DNA of 64,000 nucleotides from Alphaproteobacteria bacterium (GCA_964291675.2 OZ219865.1:896001-960000), one strand, 5' to 3'. Numbered from the stretch's first letter, positions 37,410-48,685 are shown. A program made the numbers and translations. The notes: generated by a model from the letters alone, not told the origin.

Positions 37410-37688
37410 CTAATCCTGCCTGGAGGCGGCCGCCATGGTCTTGCCGTCGAAGGCGGGCATGCTCTGGAACGAGCCGAAGCCCTGGCTCGCATACCACACC
37501 GAGAAGTTGAGCATCGCCTCGGGCGACGGCGCGTCGACCACGTCGACGAAGTCGTACTGGCCCTGGGTGTAGAGCACCGAGACGATCTTGATCCCGAGCT
37601 CCTTCGCCCTGGCGCGCGCCAGGCGGTTACGCTGTTCGTGCTTGCCGAGCCATTCGGCGCTCTGCTTGCCGAGCAGGACGTATTTCAT
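37410..37688 (-). CDS. GYD-domain protein
   Basis: YTQGQYDFVDVVDAPS. Confidence 0.8.
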   Translation of the reverse strand: MKYVLLGKQSAEWLGKHEQRNRLARARAKELGIKIVSVLYTQGQYDFVDVVDAPSPEAMLNFSVWYASQGFGSFQSMPAFDGKTMAAASRQD

Positions 37689-37831
37689 GCGACCCTCCCC
37701 TGTCGACGGGCGCCCGGCGCCCGCCCGCCATTCCTAACCGCGCTCGCGCCCGGCCGCAACGCCGGCCCCGGGAGAACTTGACCGCCGCCGCGCTCTTGCC
37801 GGAGAGTGTGGGCAGGAGGACTCCCGGCCCC

Positions 37832-38665
<834 letters not shown>

Positions 38666-38682
38666 CCGGGCGAGGAGGCAGG

Positions 38683-39465
38683 ATGAGCTTGTGGAACCGC
38701 AAGTGGACCCGCGACGCGTTCTGGATGGTTGTGTCCTTCGCGGCGCTGATCGGGCTCTGGTGGGGCGTGGTCTGGCTGTTCGAGACGCCGAGCTACCTGC
38801 TCCCCGCCCCGGACGAGGTGCTCCGGTCGGGCGCCGACAACGGGCTCCAGATGATTCCCCATTCGGGCTGGACGATCCTGTCGGTGCTGGCCGGCTACGT
38901 GCTGGCGGTCGTCGTCGGCGTGCCGCTCGCCATCATCGTGGTCTCATCGGCGACGCTGGAGCGCATCCTGTATCCGCCGATGGTGGCTACCCAGAGCATC
39001 CCCAAGATCGCGCTCGCGCCGCTCTTCGTCGTCTGGTTCGGCTTCGGCATGTTCCCCAAGGTCGCGGTGGCGTTCCTGATCTGCTTCTTCCCGATCGTGG
39101 TCGACACCATCGTCGGCCTGCGCAGCATCGACCCCGCGCTGGTGCAGCTCGCCCGCTCGATGGGCGCGCCGCCTTCGCGCATCTTTCTCCGCCTCCGCCT
39201 GCCGGGCGCGCTGCCCAGCATGTTCGGCGGGCTCAAGGTGGGCTCGGCGCTCGCCGTGGTGGGGGCGCTGACCGGCGAGTTCATCGGCTCGGATAACGGG
39301 CTCGGCTATCTGCTGCTGAGCGCGGCGGGCGAGCTCGACACCGCGCTGCTGTTCGCCATCCTGTTCGTGCTTTCGCTGCTCGCGATGGCGTTCTTCTACG
39401 CCATCGAGCTGTTGGAGCGGCTGATGATCCCGTGGCACGTGTCGCAGCGCGCGCATGCGGGCTAA
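38683..39465 (+). CDS. ABC transporter permease (SsuC/TauC type)
   Basis: LPAP, QSIPKIALAPL, ARSMGA loop, GEFIGSDNGLG. Confidence 0.9.
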   Translation: MSLWNRKWTRDAFWMVVSFAALIGLWWGVVWLFETPSYLLPAPDEVLRSGADNGLQMIPHSGWTILSVLAGYVLAVVVGVPLAIIVVSSATLERILYPPMVATQSIPKIALAPLFVVWFGFGMFPKVAVAFLICFFPIVVDTIVGLRSIDPALVQLARSMGAPPSRIFLRLRLPGALPSMFGGLKVGSALAVVGALTGEFIGSDNGLGYLLLSAAGELDTALLFAILFVLSLLAMAFFYAIELLERLMIPWHVSQRAHAG

Positions 39466-39499
39466 AAGCGTAGTCGCACGAGAAACCGAGGAGGAAACC

Positions 39500-40471
39500 A
39501 TGAGAACCGCAATCGCCGGCGCGGTCGCAGCCGCGATCCTCGCCCTCGCAATCCCGGCCCAGGCGGCCGACAAGGTCTCGCTCCGGACCGACTGGATCAA
39601 GAGCGCCTATCACGCGGTCTGGTACCACGCCAAGGACAAGGGCGTGTTCGCCAGGAACGGCATCGACGTCGACATCCGCGACGGCCGCGGCTCGGTGATC
39701 ACCGCCCAGACCGTCGGCAACAAGACCGTCACCTTCGGCACCGCCGACGGCGGCGCGGTGATGGTGCTGGTCTCCAAGGGGCTGCCGGTCAAGATCGTCG
39801 CCTCTTACCTGCGCACCAACCCGGTCGCGATCATCTTCCCCAGGAAGAACGGCTGGAAGAGCTGGAAGGACCTCGCGGGGTCGCGCATCGGCTTCTCGGC
39901 GGGCGGCGCGACGGCGGCCTATTTCAAGGCGCTGGCCAAGAAGAACGGCATCAAGGGCAAGGTCAAGCTGGTGTTCATGGAGCCCGCCGCCAAGCTCGCC
40001 GCGCTGTTGACGACCAAGGTCGACGCCATCGATTCCTTCGGCTTCCTGCAGGCGCCCAAGGCGACCGCGGCCGGCATCCCGTCGACCTATTTCAGCTACG
40101 CCTCGGGCGGCATCGTGGTGCCCGGGCTCTCGCTGATCGCCCATAACGACACCATCGAGGACAACCCCGACCTGGTGGGCCGCATGGTGGCGAGCGTGCG
40201 CGAGGCGCTGGCGCTCGGCCAGAAGGAGCCGGAGGCGGCGATCGCCTCGCTCTTGAAGGTCGCGCCCAACCTCAAGCCGGACATCTCGCTCGACATCCTC
40301 AAGGCGTCGTTCGACCTGTTCGAGAACGAGGCCAGCAAGGGCAAGCCGTCGGGCTGGACGTCGCCCGACGACATCGCGAAGGCGCAGAAAACGCTGATCG
40401 AGTTCAAGCGGATCAAGAAGGAACAGCCGATCGACGCCTATTTCACCAACGCGTTCGTCCCCAAGTCATGA
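39500..40471 (+). CDS. ABC substrate-binding protein (NMT1/THI5/SsuA type)
   Basis: Signal peptide; LRTDW...HA, DKGVFARNGIDVDI, YFTNAF. Confidence 0.88.
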   Translation: MRTAIAGAVAAAILALAIPAQAADKVSLRTDWIKSAYHAVWYHAKDKGVFARNGIDVDIRDGRGSVITAQTVGNKTVTFGTADGGAVMVLVSKGLPVKIVASYLRTNPVAIIFPRKNGWKSWKDLAGSRIGFSAGGATAAYFKALAKKNGIKGKVKLVFMEPAAKLAALLTTKVDAIDSFGFLQAPKATAAGIPSTYFSYASGGIVVPGLSLIAHNDTIEDNPDLVGRMVASVREALALGQKEPEAAIASLLKVAPNLKPDISLDILKASFDLFENEASKGKPSGWTSPDDIAKAQKTLIEFKRIKKEQPIDAYFTNAFVPKS

Positions 40472-41004
40472 CCGCGAAGACCGCGCGCCATCCCCGCCCG
40501 CCCGAGGTCGAGGGTCTCGGGCTGGAGGAGATCGCGGAGCGCTACGTCGCCCGGTTCGGCGACCGCAAGCCGGACTGGGCGGCCTTCGCGGATGCGCTGG
40601 TCGACGGCTACCGGCGGGCGCAGCACCGCTTCATCGGCAACACCTCGGGCAAGCCGGACGACGGCGTCATCCCGGCCCGCGCCTTCACCCTCAGCGTCAT
40701 GTACGTCCCGCCGGGGGAAGGCAACGCGCCCCACACCCATGAGGTGGAAGAGGTGTTCTTCGTGCTGCAGGGCCATCTCACGGTGTTCTTCGAGGAGGAG
40801 GACGGCAGGCGGCTCGAGGTCGCGCTCGGCCCGTGGGACTGCGTCTCCTGCCCGGCCGGGGTGATCCACGGCTATGCCAACGAGACGGTCGAGCCGGTCT
40901 ACCTCCAGGTCATGGCCGGCAAGGCGAACCCCGAGTTCATGGGCTACGCCGACCAGGCGCTGTTCGAGGCGCGCGACCGGCATGTGAGAGAAGCAGGCGG
41001 TTAG
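40468..41004 (+). CDS. Cupin-domain protein
   Basis: NAPHTHEVEEVFFVLQG...PAGVIHGYAN. Confidence 0.85.
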   Translation: MTAKTARHPRPPEVEGLGLEEIAERYVARFGDRKPDWAAFADALVDGYRRAQHRFIGNTSGKPDDGVIPARAFTLSVMYVPPGEGNAPHTHEVEEVFFVLQGHLTVFFEEEDGRRLEVALGPWDCVSCPAGVIHGYANETVEPVYLQVMAGKANPEFMGYADQALFEARDRHVREAGG

Positions 41005-41013
41005 GAGGGCGCC

Positions 41014-41253
41014 ATGTCCACGATCACAATATCGCTTCCCGAATCCCTCAAGTCCTTCGTGGAGGATCAGGTCCGCGCGCACGGCCACGGCAGCGCGAGC
41101 GAATACGTCCGCGAGCTGATCCGCAGGGAACGGGACCGCCAGAATCTGCGCGAGCTGCTGCTCGAAGGCGCGGCTTCGCCGACGGCGGGCATGGCCGATG
41201 CCGCGTATTTCGACCGGCTCCGCCTCCAGGTGCGCGACGCCGGCAGTGGGTGA
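41014..41253 (+). CDS. ParD-like RHH antitoxin
   Basis: ITISLPESLKSFVEDQV...SASEYVRELIR...LRELLLEG. Confidence 0.88.
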   Translation: MSTITISLPESLKSFVEDQVRAHGHGSASEYVRELIRRERDRQNLRELLLEGAASPTAGMADAAYFDRLRLQVRDAGSG

Positions 41254-41295
41254 GCGCCAAGCCGGTCGTCCCGCGCGAGCGGGCGCGTTGCGTGC
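41250..41295 (+). pseudogene. ParE-like toxin, first about 13 codons only
   Basis: GTGA overlap then SAKPVVPRERAR, running into the convergent carbonic anhydrase end. Confidence 0.55.
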
Positions 41296-41301
41296 GCCGT
41301 G

Positions 41302-42000
41302 CTACCCGATCCGCAGCACCCGTTCGCCCAGCGGCTGGACCGGGCGGCGGTTGTTCGGGTAGAGGGCGGCGAAGGCGGCGATCTGGGCGGCGGAGATCGC
41401 GAGGGGCTGGGCGAGGACAGCCCAGGCGACCCCTTCGGTGCAGGGCGGGGTGGTGAGCGAGCCGCGGTAGCGCCATGCGGTCAGGCGGGCGGGCAGCAGC
41501 GTGGCGAGGTCGAGCTCGCCCGGAACCGGGCGCACCGCCCCGGGCTCGGCCGGGAGATGGGCCCAGAGCGGCGCCAGCGTGCCGTGCGCCGCGCCTTCCG
41601 CGAACAGGACGCCCACAACGGCGAGCGCGCCGTCCCCGGAAGCGTGCACCAGATGCAGCTCGAGCGCCAGGCGGGCACCGTCGAACAGATGCTCGCTGGG
41701 GTGGTGGAAGTGGAACTGGCGCAGCTCGTAGCGAATCCCGTCGAGCGCGACGAAGCTGCCGGGGTCAGGGTTGGCCTGCACGGTGTGGCCGGTGTTCTCG
41801 AGGACGATGCGGGTCCTCCGGTAGGCGAATTCGAGCGGCGGCAGGTCCGCGCCACGGCCGCCGGTCAGGTCGACCGGCGACTGCTCCGCACCCAGCGCGC
41901 AGGCGGCGAAGCCGGGGTCGAGCGAGGCCCAGAGCGCCGGGCCGTTATCGGCATCGTAGCCCCAGCGCGCCGGGCGGTGGCGCTCGGTGTCGGTTCCCAT
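41302..42000 (-). CDS. Alpha-class carbonic anhydrase
   Basis: WGY..GP..W, QSPVD, FHFHHPSEH, ELHLVH, YRGSLTTPPCTEGV, NNRRPVQPL. Confidence 0.92.
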   Translation of the reverse strand: MGTDTERHRPARWGYDADNGPALWASLDPGFAACALGAEQSPVDLTGGRGADLPPLEFAYRRTRIVLENTGHTVQANPDPGSFVALDGIRYELRQFHFHHPSEHLFDGARLALELHLVHASGDGALAVVGVLFAEGAAHGTLAPLWAHLPAEPGAVRPVPGELDLATLLPARLTAWRYRGSLTTPPCTEGVAWAVLAQPLAISAAQIAAFAALYPNNRRPVQPLGERVLRIG

Positions 42001-42079
42001 TCCCGGCATGATAGCGCACCCGCCGGGCTGGCGCGGCTCGTCGCAGGGTGTAATCTGCGCGCAACCGGAGGAAGGCGAC

Positions 42080-42958
42080 ATGGCGCTCGAAATCGTACCG
42101 ACCGAGGCGACGCTGGGCGCGGTGGTGCGCGGGGTCCGGCTCGCGGAGCTCGACGATGCGGACTTCGCCGAGATCGAGCGGGCGTGGCACGACCATGCCG
42201 TTCTGGCGTTTCCGGACCAGAATCTGTCCGGGGCCGAGCAGGTCGCGTTCAGCCGCCGCCTCGGCCCGCTGGAGCGCAGCCTGACGGCCAACAACGTCGG
42301 CGCCGACCCGGAGATCATCGTGCTCTCCAACATGCGCGATGACGGCAGCCTGTGGCCGGCGGGGAGCGCGCACGGGCTGTTCCTCCAGGGCAACAACTAC
42401 TGGCACACCGATTCGTCCTACAAGCGCGTCCCCTCGAAGGGCTCGGCTCTCGCCGCCCGCGCGGTGCCGGCGACCGGCGGCGAGACCGCCTTCGCCGACA
42501 TGCGCGCGGCCTGCGACGCGCTCGACCCCGGCATGCGGGACTACCTGGAGGGCAAGTCCGCGGTGCACAGCTACGCCTACAGCCAGGGCAAGGTCGGCGG
42601 CACCGAGACGCTGAGCGCCGACGAATGGGACGCGCTGCCGCCGGTCGAGCACCCGATCCTGCGCCGCCACCCGGCGACCGGGCGGCACGCGCTCTATATC
42701 GGCCGGCATGCCAGCCACATCGTCGGCGAGGATGAGGACGACAGCCGCGCGCTGCTGGAGCGGCTGTGCGCCGAGGCGTGCCGGGCGCCCCGGGTGTTCG
42801 TCCATCGCTGGCGGGTCGGCGACCTGGTGCTGTGGGACAACCGCTGCGTGCTGCATCGCGGCCTCGGCCACCCGCCCGACCAGGGGCGCTACATGACCCG
42901 CACGACGCTCGCCGGCGACGGCGCGTCCAACGAGTGGTCGCTGCAGGCGAGCGGCTAG
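42080..42958 (+). CDS. TauD/TfdA-family 2-oxoglutarate dioxygenase
   Basis: WHTDSSY, GGETAFADM, WDNRCVLHR. Confidence 0.9.
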   Translation: MALEIVPTEATLGAVVRGVRLAELDDADFAEIERAWHDHAVLAFPDQNLSGAEQVAFSRRLGPLERSLTANNVGADPEIIVLSNMRDDGSLWPAGSAHGLFLQGNNYWHTDSSYKRVPSKGSALAARAVPATGGETAFADMRAACDALDPGMRDYLEGKSAVHSYAYSQGKVGGTETLSADEWDALPPVEHPILRRHPATGRHALYIGRHASHIVGEDEDDSRALLERLCAEACRAPRVFVHRWRVGDLVLWDNRCVLHRGLGHPPDQGRYMTRTTLAGDGASNEWSLQASG

Positions 42959-44391
42959 CGCGCCCGGACGCGGCGGCTCAGCAGCCTCGACAGGCGCTGC
43001 GCCCGCACGATGTTGGCGGCGCGCAGGCGGCTGCCGACGGCGGCGCGCAGCCGCGCCGCCTCGTGGTTGCCCCGGTCGGCGGCCAGGTTGTACCAGGCAT
43101 AGGCGCGGACATCGTCTTCGGGCACCCCTCGCCCGGCGTCGTACATCGCCGCCAGGTTGAACTGCGCCTGCACGTCGCCCTGCTCGGCGGCGGCGCGGTA
43201 CCACCGGACGGCGCCGCGGTCGTCCTCGGGCAGGCCGCCCGCGCCGGTGGCGTACATGACGCCGAGCCCGTTCTGCGCGCCGCGATGGCCCTGAACGGCG
43301 GCCGCCCGGTACAGCCGCACCGCCTCGGCGTCGTTCTCCGCCACGCCCTCGCCGTTGTCGTACATGGAGCCGAGATTGAACTGGGCGTGGGGGTTGCCCT
43401 GTTCGGCGGCCAGCCGGTACCACTTGGCCGCCTCGGCGTCGTTCTCCGCCACGCCGATACCGCGGTCGTATCTGAGCCCCAGATTGACCTGGGCGGGCGC
43501 GTAGCCCTGGACGGCAGCCTTGCGGAGCCAGCTCACGGCTTCGGCCTCGTCGCGTGCCACGCCATCGCCGCGGCCGTACAGCGCCGCCAGGCGGAACTGC
43601 GCCCTCGCCGCCCCCTGCGCGGCCGCGAGCCGGTACCAGAAGGCGGCCTCGGCGCGATCCACCGGCACGGCGGTACCCCGGTCGTAGGCGGCGCCGAGGG
43701 CGAGCAGCGCCGGCACGAACCCCTGTCGGGCCGATGTGCGGAACCACTCGACCGCCTCGGCGTCGTCCTGCGACGTTCCGCGCCCGCCGCCATGAACGAC
43801 GCCGAGGTTGAACTGGGCGACCGGGTTCCCCCGTTCGGCCGCCCGGCGGAACCATTCCGCGGCCTCGGCGCGGTTGCGCTCGACGCCGGCGCCGGCGAAG
43901 TACATGACGCCCAGATTGACCTGCGCCGGCACGCTGCCGCCCCGCGCAGCCCTGTGAAACCACCGCACGGCTTCGGCGGTGTCCTCAAGCGGGCCTCCCG
44001 GCGTGCTGAGCAGGAGCGCGAGGTTGAGCTGCGCCTCGACCTTTCCCCGATCGGCCGCCAGGCGATACCACTTGGCGGCTTCGGCCGGGCTGCGCGGCAC
44101 GCCCTGGCCGGTGTCGTACATGTAGCCCACGTGGAACCGCGCCGCCGCATCTCCCTGACGCGCCGCCCGCAGCAGCCAATCGAACGCCTTGACGTAGTCC
44201 TTGACCACGCCGTGGCCGGTGTAGTGCCGAACGCCGATCAGACGCTGGGCCCGGGGATCGAGCGGCTCGCTCGGCAGGGCGGCGCGCTGGGGCGCGCATA
44301 GCGCCGCAAGCAGGACCGGCACGACGGCGGCCGCGCCGGCGCACCGCCTCGCATAGTCCAGACTCGCCCCAACCGCGCCCCCGCGCCGCAT
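42955..44391 (-). CDS. Sel1-repeat (TPR-like) secreted protein; start uncertain
   Basis: About 11 repeats of AQFNLG.MY..G.GV..D..EA..WYR.AA.QG. Confidence 0.9.
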   Translation of the reverse strand: MRRGGAVGASLDYARRCAGAAAVVPVLLAALCAPQRAALPSEPLDPRAQRLIGVRHYTGHGVVKDYVKAFDWLLRAARQGDAAARFHVGYMYDTGQGVPRSPAEAAKWYRLAADRGKVEAQLNLALLLSTPGGPLEDTAEAVRWFHRAARGGSVPAQVNLGVMYFAGAGVERNRAEAAEWFRRAAERGNPVAQFNLGVVHGGGRGTSQDDAEAVEWFRTSARQGFVPALLALGAAYDRGTAVPVDRAEAAFWYRLAAAQGAARAQFRLAALYGRGDGVARDEAEAVSWLRKAAVQGYAPAQVNLGLRYDRGIGVAENDAEAAKWYRLAAEQGNPHAQFNLGSMYDNGEGVAENDAEAVRLYRAAAVQGHRGAQNGLGVMYATGAGGLPEDDRGAVRWYRAAAEQGDVQAQFNLAAMYDAGRGVPEDDVRAYAWYNLAADRGNHEAARLRAAVGSRLRAANIVRAQRLSRLLSRRVRAR

Positions 44392-44422
44392 GCGGGCATT
44401 GTATTTCTCATCCTCCTACAAC

Positions 44423-46599
44423 TCAAGATTGTATTTGCCCGCTTCGGCCGCCGGCCGCCCGGGCGAGGGCGACGACGTTGCGGATCAGCGCCCGGCCGCG
44501 CCCCGCTTCCAGGCCCAGGATCGACTCCGGGTGGAACTGCACCGCCCAGACCGGCAGCGTCCGGTGCTGCAGCGCCATGGCTACCCCGTCCGCCGTCCGG
44601 GCGACGATCTCCAGCCCCTCGGGCGCCTCGTCCCGGGCAACATAGATCGAATGGTAGCGCCCCACCGAGTAGCGGGCGGGCAGGCCGCGGAAGAGCGGCA
44701 CGGGGTCGGCCTCGATCTCCGACGGCTTGCCGTGCACCGGACAGTCGAGAACCCGCAACCGCGCGCCGAAATACTCGGCGATCCCTTGCAGGCCGAGGCA
44801 GACGCCGAAGACCGGGATGGCGCGCGTCATGCAGGCGCCGACCGTCTCCGCCACGCCGAAATCGGCCGGCTCTCCCGGACCCGGCGACAGCACCGCCAAC
44901 CCGGGCCGGCGCTCGTCGAGCAGCCCGGGGTCGAAGCCGAATCGCAGCGTCTCCACCTTCGCCCCGGCCTGGCGGAAATAGTCGGCCAGCGTATGGACGA
45001 AGGAATCCTCGTGGTCCACCAGCAGCACGTCGAGCCCGGCGCCGATCGCCGCATCGCCGTCTTCGGCCGCCCGCGATGCCGCCGGCGGCTTCAGAACGTC
45101 GAGCAGGGCGGACGCCTTGACGCGGATCTCGTCCTCCTCCTCGGCCGGGTCGGACTCGAACAGCAGCGTCGCCCCCGCCCGGACCGAGGCGATGCCGTCG
45201 CGGATCTGGATCGTGCGCAGCGTGAGCCCGGTATTCATGTTGCCGTTGGCGAAAGCCGCCCCGACCGCGCCGCCGTACCAGCGCCGGGGCGAGCGCTCGC
45301 AATCCTCGACGAACTGCATCGCCCATTTCTTGGGCGCGCCGGTGACCGTCACCGCCCAGGTGTGGGAGAGAAAGCCGTCCAGCGCGTCGAAGCCCTCGCG
45401 AAGCACGCCCTCGACATGATCGACGGTGTGGATCAGCCTGGAATACATCTCGATCTGGCGCCGCCCGATCACCTTCACCGATCCCGGCTCGCAGATTCGC
45501 GACTTGTCGTTGCGGTCGACGTCGGTGCACATGGTGAGCTCGGACTCGTCCTTCTCCGAGTTCAGCAGGGCGCGGACCTGGCGGGCATCGGCGATCGGAT
45601 CGCCGCCGCGCCGGATGGTGCCGGAGATCGGGCAGGTCTCGATGCGCCGCCCCTCGACCCGCACGAACATCTCGGGCGAGGCGCCGATCAGGTACTCTCC
45701 CTCGCCGAGATTGATCAGGAACCCGTAGGGCGCGGGGTTGACCCGCATCAGCCGCCGGAAGATCGCCGACGGGGGCTCGGCGGCGGGCAGCCAGCTGGCG
45801 ATCCCGGGCACCGTCTCGAACAGGTCGCCCGCCCGGAACTTCTCCTTCGCCTGCCGCACGGTGGCGGCGTACTCGCCGGGCGCGTGGTCGCACCCGCCGG
45901 GGCCCGGCGGGGCGAGGCGGAAGGGCTCGTCCGCCCCGCCGCGCGCCATGCCCTCCGTGGTCTCGCCGTCGATCTCGAACTCGTAGGACCGCCACGTCGC
46001 CTCGCCGCGCTGGTGGTCGACGACGAGGATGCGGTCGGGCAAATAGAGAACGAGATCGCGGCTGCCGTCCTCGCGGTTGGTCTTGCGCGCCAGCGGCTCG
46101 AACTGGAAGGCGAGGTTGTAGCCGAACGCGCCGTAGAGGCCGAGGAAGCGCTCGCGCTCCGGCGCGCGGAAGAAGCGCAGGACTTCCCGCAGCAGCGAGA
46201 ACACCGACGGCTGGCGGCTCCGCTGCTCCTCTGGAAACCGCCCGGCGGGCTGGCGGATTTGGAGCCGGAAACCGTCCTCGCAAGCCTCATGCGACTCGAC
46301 GAAATCCCAGCCCGCGGCGCGCGCCCCGAGCGCGCGCGCGAGACCTCGCCCGCGCGGCGACAGCGCCCGCACCCGCGCCGCGCGCCCCGCCGCCGAGATT
46401 TCGAGCGGCGGGTCCACGAAGCCATGTCCCAGCGCGTGTAGCGCCCGGGATACTCGAAATCGGACGACAGCAGCGCGCCGCGCCGCCGGTCGAGCCGGTC
46501 CACCAGGATCATCCGGGCGTTCTCGTAGGTCTCCGGCGCGCTCTCGCTGACGACGCGCACCCCGCCCGGTGTGGCAAAAATCTCCCGTGCCTTCGACAT
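44423..46599 (-). pseudogene. trpE: Fused anthranilate synthase TrpE(G) with a 1-nt deletion at about 46422
   Basis: SSDFEYPGRYTRWDM|GFVDPPLE split across frames; GASPEMFV, TGAPK, VDHEDSFVH, GVCLGLQ, VQFHPES. Confidence 0.88.
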
Positions 46600-46645
46600 G
46601 ACCCCTCCGCTTTGCCGGGGTTTCCGGGAGCCATGCCGCCTTGGC

Positions 46646-46678
46646 AAAGGAAAATGGCTGCCCGGGTCCGGCAGCCAT
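46646..46678 (-). terminator. trp attenuator terminator hairpin
   Basis: ATGGCTGCC-7nt-GGCAGCCAT followed by TTTCCTTT on the minus strand. Confidence 0.8.
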
Positions 46679-46709
46679 CCATGTCACGCGCGAAATGCCG
46701 GCCGCCGAT

Positions 46710-46757
46710 TCAGGCGCGCCGCCACCAGTTCGTCGAGATCGAAACCGCATTCCGCAT
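46710..46757 (-). CDS. trpL: trp leader peptide MRNAVSISTNWWRRA
   Basis: 15-codon ORF with tandem Trp codons upstream of the terminator and trpE(G). Confidence 0.85.
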   Translation of the reverse strand: MRNAVSISTNWWRRA

Positions 46758-46805
46758 GACGGGGCAAGCATACGCGCCGGGCGCCCGGCGTCAACCGGCG
46801 CGACC

Positions 46806-48152
46806 CTATGGCTTGTCTTCAAGGGCGCGGCTCCGGTCGCCGACATGCACCAGCCGGGTCTTCATGGTGGACCGCGGGACGGTGCCCGGCGGCAAGAGCT
46901 CGACGCGGGCGGTGAAGATCAGCTTCTCGCGCAGCGCGGTCTCCAGCGCTTCCGCCAGGCGAGGGAGGTCTCCGGCGGCCTCGCCGTGCTCGACGAGGAT
47001 GTGCAGCGGCGGCTGCACCGCAGGGCCCGGCTTGGGCAACACGATCCGCATCGCCCCGGTGGTCTGGGGGCGGAAGCCGGTCACCACGTCCTGGATCGCC
47101 GACGGCCAGACATTGACGCCGCGCAGGATCAGCAGGTCGTCGGTCCGCCCGACCACCCGGATGCGCGGACCGGTCCGCCCGTTGGCGCACGGGCCGTTCC
47201 TGACGACGACCCGGTCGTGACTGCGGAAGCGCAGCAGCGGCGCCGCCTCGCGGTCGATATGGGTGAACACCATCTCGCCTTCGATCTCGCCGGAATCCAT
47301 CGACAGCACCTCTCCCGTGGCCGGGTCGACGATTTCCATGATCGCCATGTCGGGCGTCAGGAAATGCGCGCCGTCCCGCATGTCGCTCTCGGCGGCATAG
47401 ACCGGGACGACGTCGGCGTTGCCGACCGACTCGGTCACCCGGGCCTGCCAGGTTTCCTCGATATGGCGGCGGATCTCGGGAACGCCGCCGCCCGGCTCGG
47501 CGCCCACCGTCAGCCGCTCGACGCCGAGCCCGGCCACGTCGATGCCGCGCGAGGCGGCCGCCTCCGCCAGATGGAGCGCGTAGGACGGCGTGCAGGCGAG
47601 CGTGTCCGCCCCGATGCGGGCGATGGCGTCGAGCAGCCGGTCGGTCGCGCCCGCGCCGATCGGCAGGAAGGTCGCGCCGAGATCCTCGATCCCCTGGGCC
47701 AGCGGGATGCCGCCCACGAAGAACCCGATGCTGAAGCCCATGGCGACGGTCGACGTCGCGCGCACGCCCTGGCACCAGAACACGCGCCGGATCGCCTCCC
47801 GCCACAGCGCCGAGTCGTGCGCCGTCACCGGGACGTAGGACGGCGCGCCGGTGGTGCCGGACGATGCGTGGACCCGCACGATCCGTTCCCGGCCGGCCGC
47901 CGCGTGATTGCCGAACGGGGGGTGCGACTGCTGGCTCTCGCGCAGCTCCTGCTTGGTGGTGAACGGCAGGCCGGCGAGGTCGTCGACGCTGCGGATATCC
48001 TCGAACGAAGCGCCCGCCTGCGCCAGCTTCCGGGCGACGAACGGGGAGCGCGCCGCGAGGTAGGCCATCTGCGCGCGGAGCTTCGTGTCCTGAAGCGCGC
48101 GCACCTCGTCCGGGCTCGCGGTCTCGACCGGGCTCAAGGCGATGCCGCTCAT
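46806..48152 (-). CDS. Phenylacetate-CoA ligase-family (PaaK-like) enzyme
   Basis: LPFTTKQEL, HASSGTTG, CTPSYALH, GAEP, PLLRFRSHD, GRTDDLLILRGVNV. Confidence 0.85.
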   Translation of the reverse strand: MSGIALSPVETASPDEVRALQDTKLRAQMAYLAARSPFVARKLAQAGASFEDIRSVDDLAGLPFTTKQELRESQQSHPPFGNHAAAGRERIVRVHASSGTTGAPSYVPVTAHDSALWREAIRRVFWCQGVRATSTVAMGFSIGFFVGGIPLAQGIEDLGATFLPIGAGATDRLLDAIARIGADTLACTPSYALHLAEAAASRGIDVAGLGVERLTVGAEPGGGVPEIRRHIEETWQARVTESVGNADVVPVYAAESDMRDGAHFLTPDMAIMEIVDPATGEVLSMDSGEIEGEMVFTHIDREAAPLLRFRSHDRVVVRNGPCANGRTGPRIRVVGRTDDLLILRGVNVWPSAIQDVVTGFRPQTTGAMRIVLPKPGPAVQPPLHILVEHGEAAGDLPRLAEALETALREKLIFTARVELLPPGTVPRSTMKTRLVHVGDRSRALEDKP

Positions 48153-48415
48153 TCGACCGATGCTCCGTCAAGTCCGACCGCCTCGCACATGCATACGCAG
48201 CTTCTATGCTAAGTATCTGATTCTATGGTAACATATTCCCGCTTCTATCGCCACCGGGCGCCGCGCAACCACGCCGTGCCCGCTCACCTGGTGAGCTACG
48301 GGAAGGTCGTCGACCGAGAGCGGACAACCTCCCTAGCGGCCGACCAGGCGCGCCGTCAAGCGGCTCTACACGAATGGGTCGCCGGGCCGATGGGTCGAAG
48401 CCTTTGCGGTCATTG

Positions 48416-48685
48416 CTACTCTTCCACGACGGAGAGAATACTCTTCGGTTGGAAAAGCGCTGCCGTCGGCCCGCACTTGCCGTAAGCCTCGCTCGATCGA
48501 TTCATCTCGCAAGGCGTTCCCTTGACTTCCGTCAGCGGAGGCAAGCCGAGATGCCATCGTTCCCTGGTTTTCTCCACCACCGCGTCGGGATGAAAGCAGG
48601 TGATGTATGCGTCGCCAAAGTTCGGATCGGCCCCCGAATGCCTGCACTCCGCACAACGCGGAATGTCGGTTCGCTCATCCGTCAT
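48416..48685 (-). CDS. Small Cys-rich hypothetical protein
   Basis: CAECRH...C.HP...C...R...CGP...FQPK; lower GC than its neighbours. Confidence 0.55.
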   Translation of the reverse strand: MTDERTDIPRCAECRHSGADPNFGDAYITCFHPDAVVEKTRERWHLGLPPLTEVKGTPCEMNRSSEAYGKCGPTAALFQPKSILSVVEE

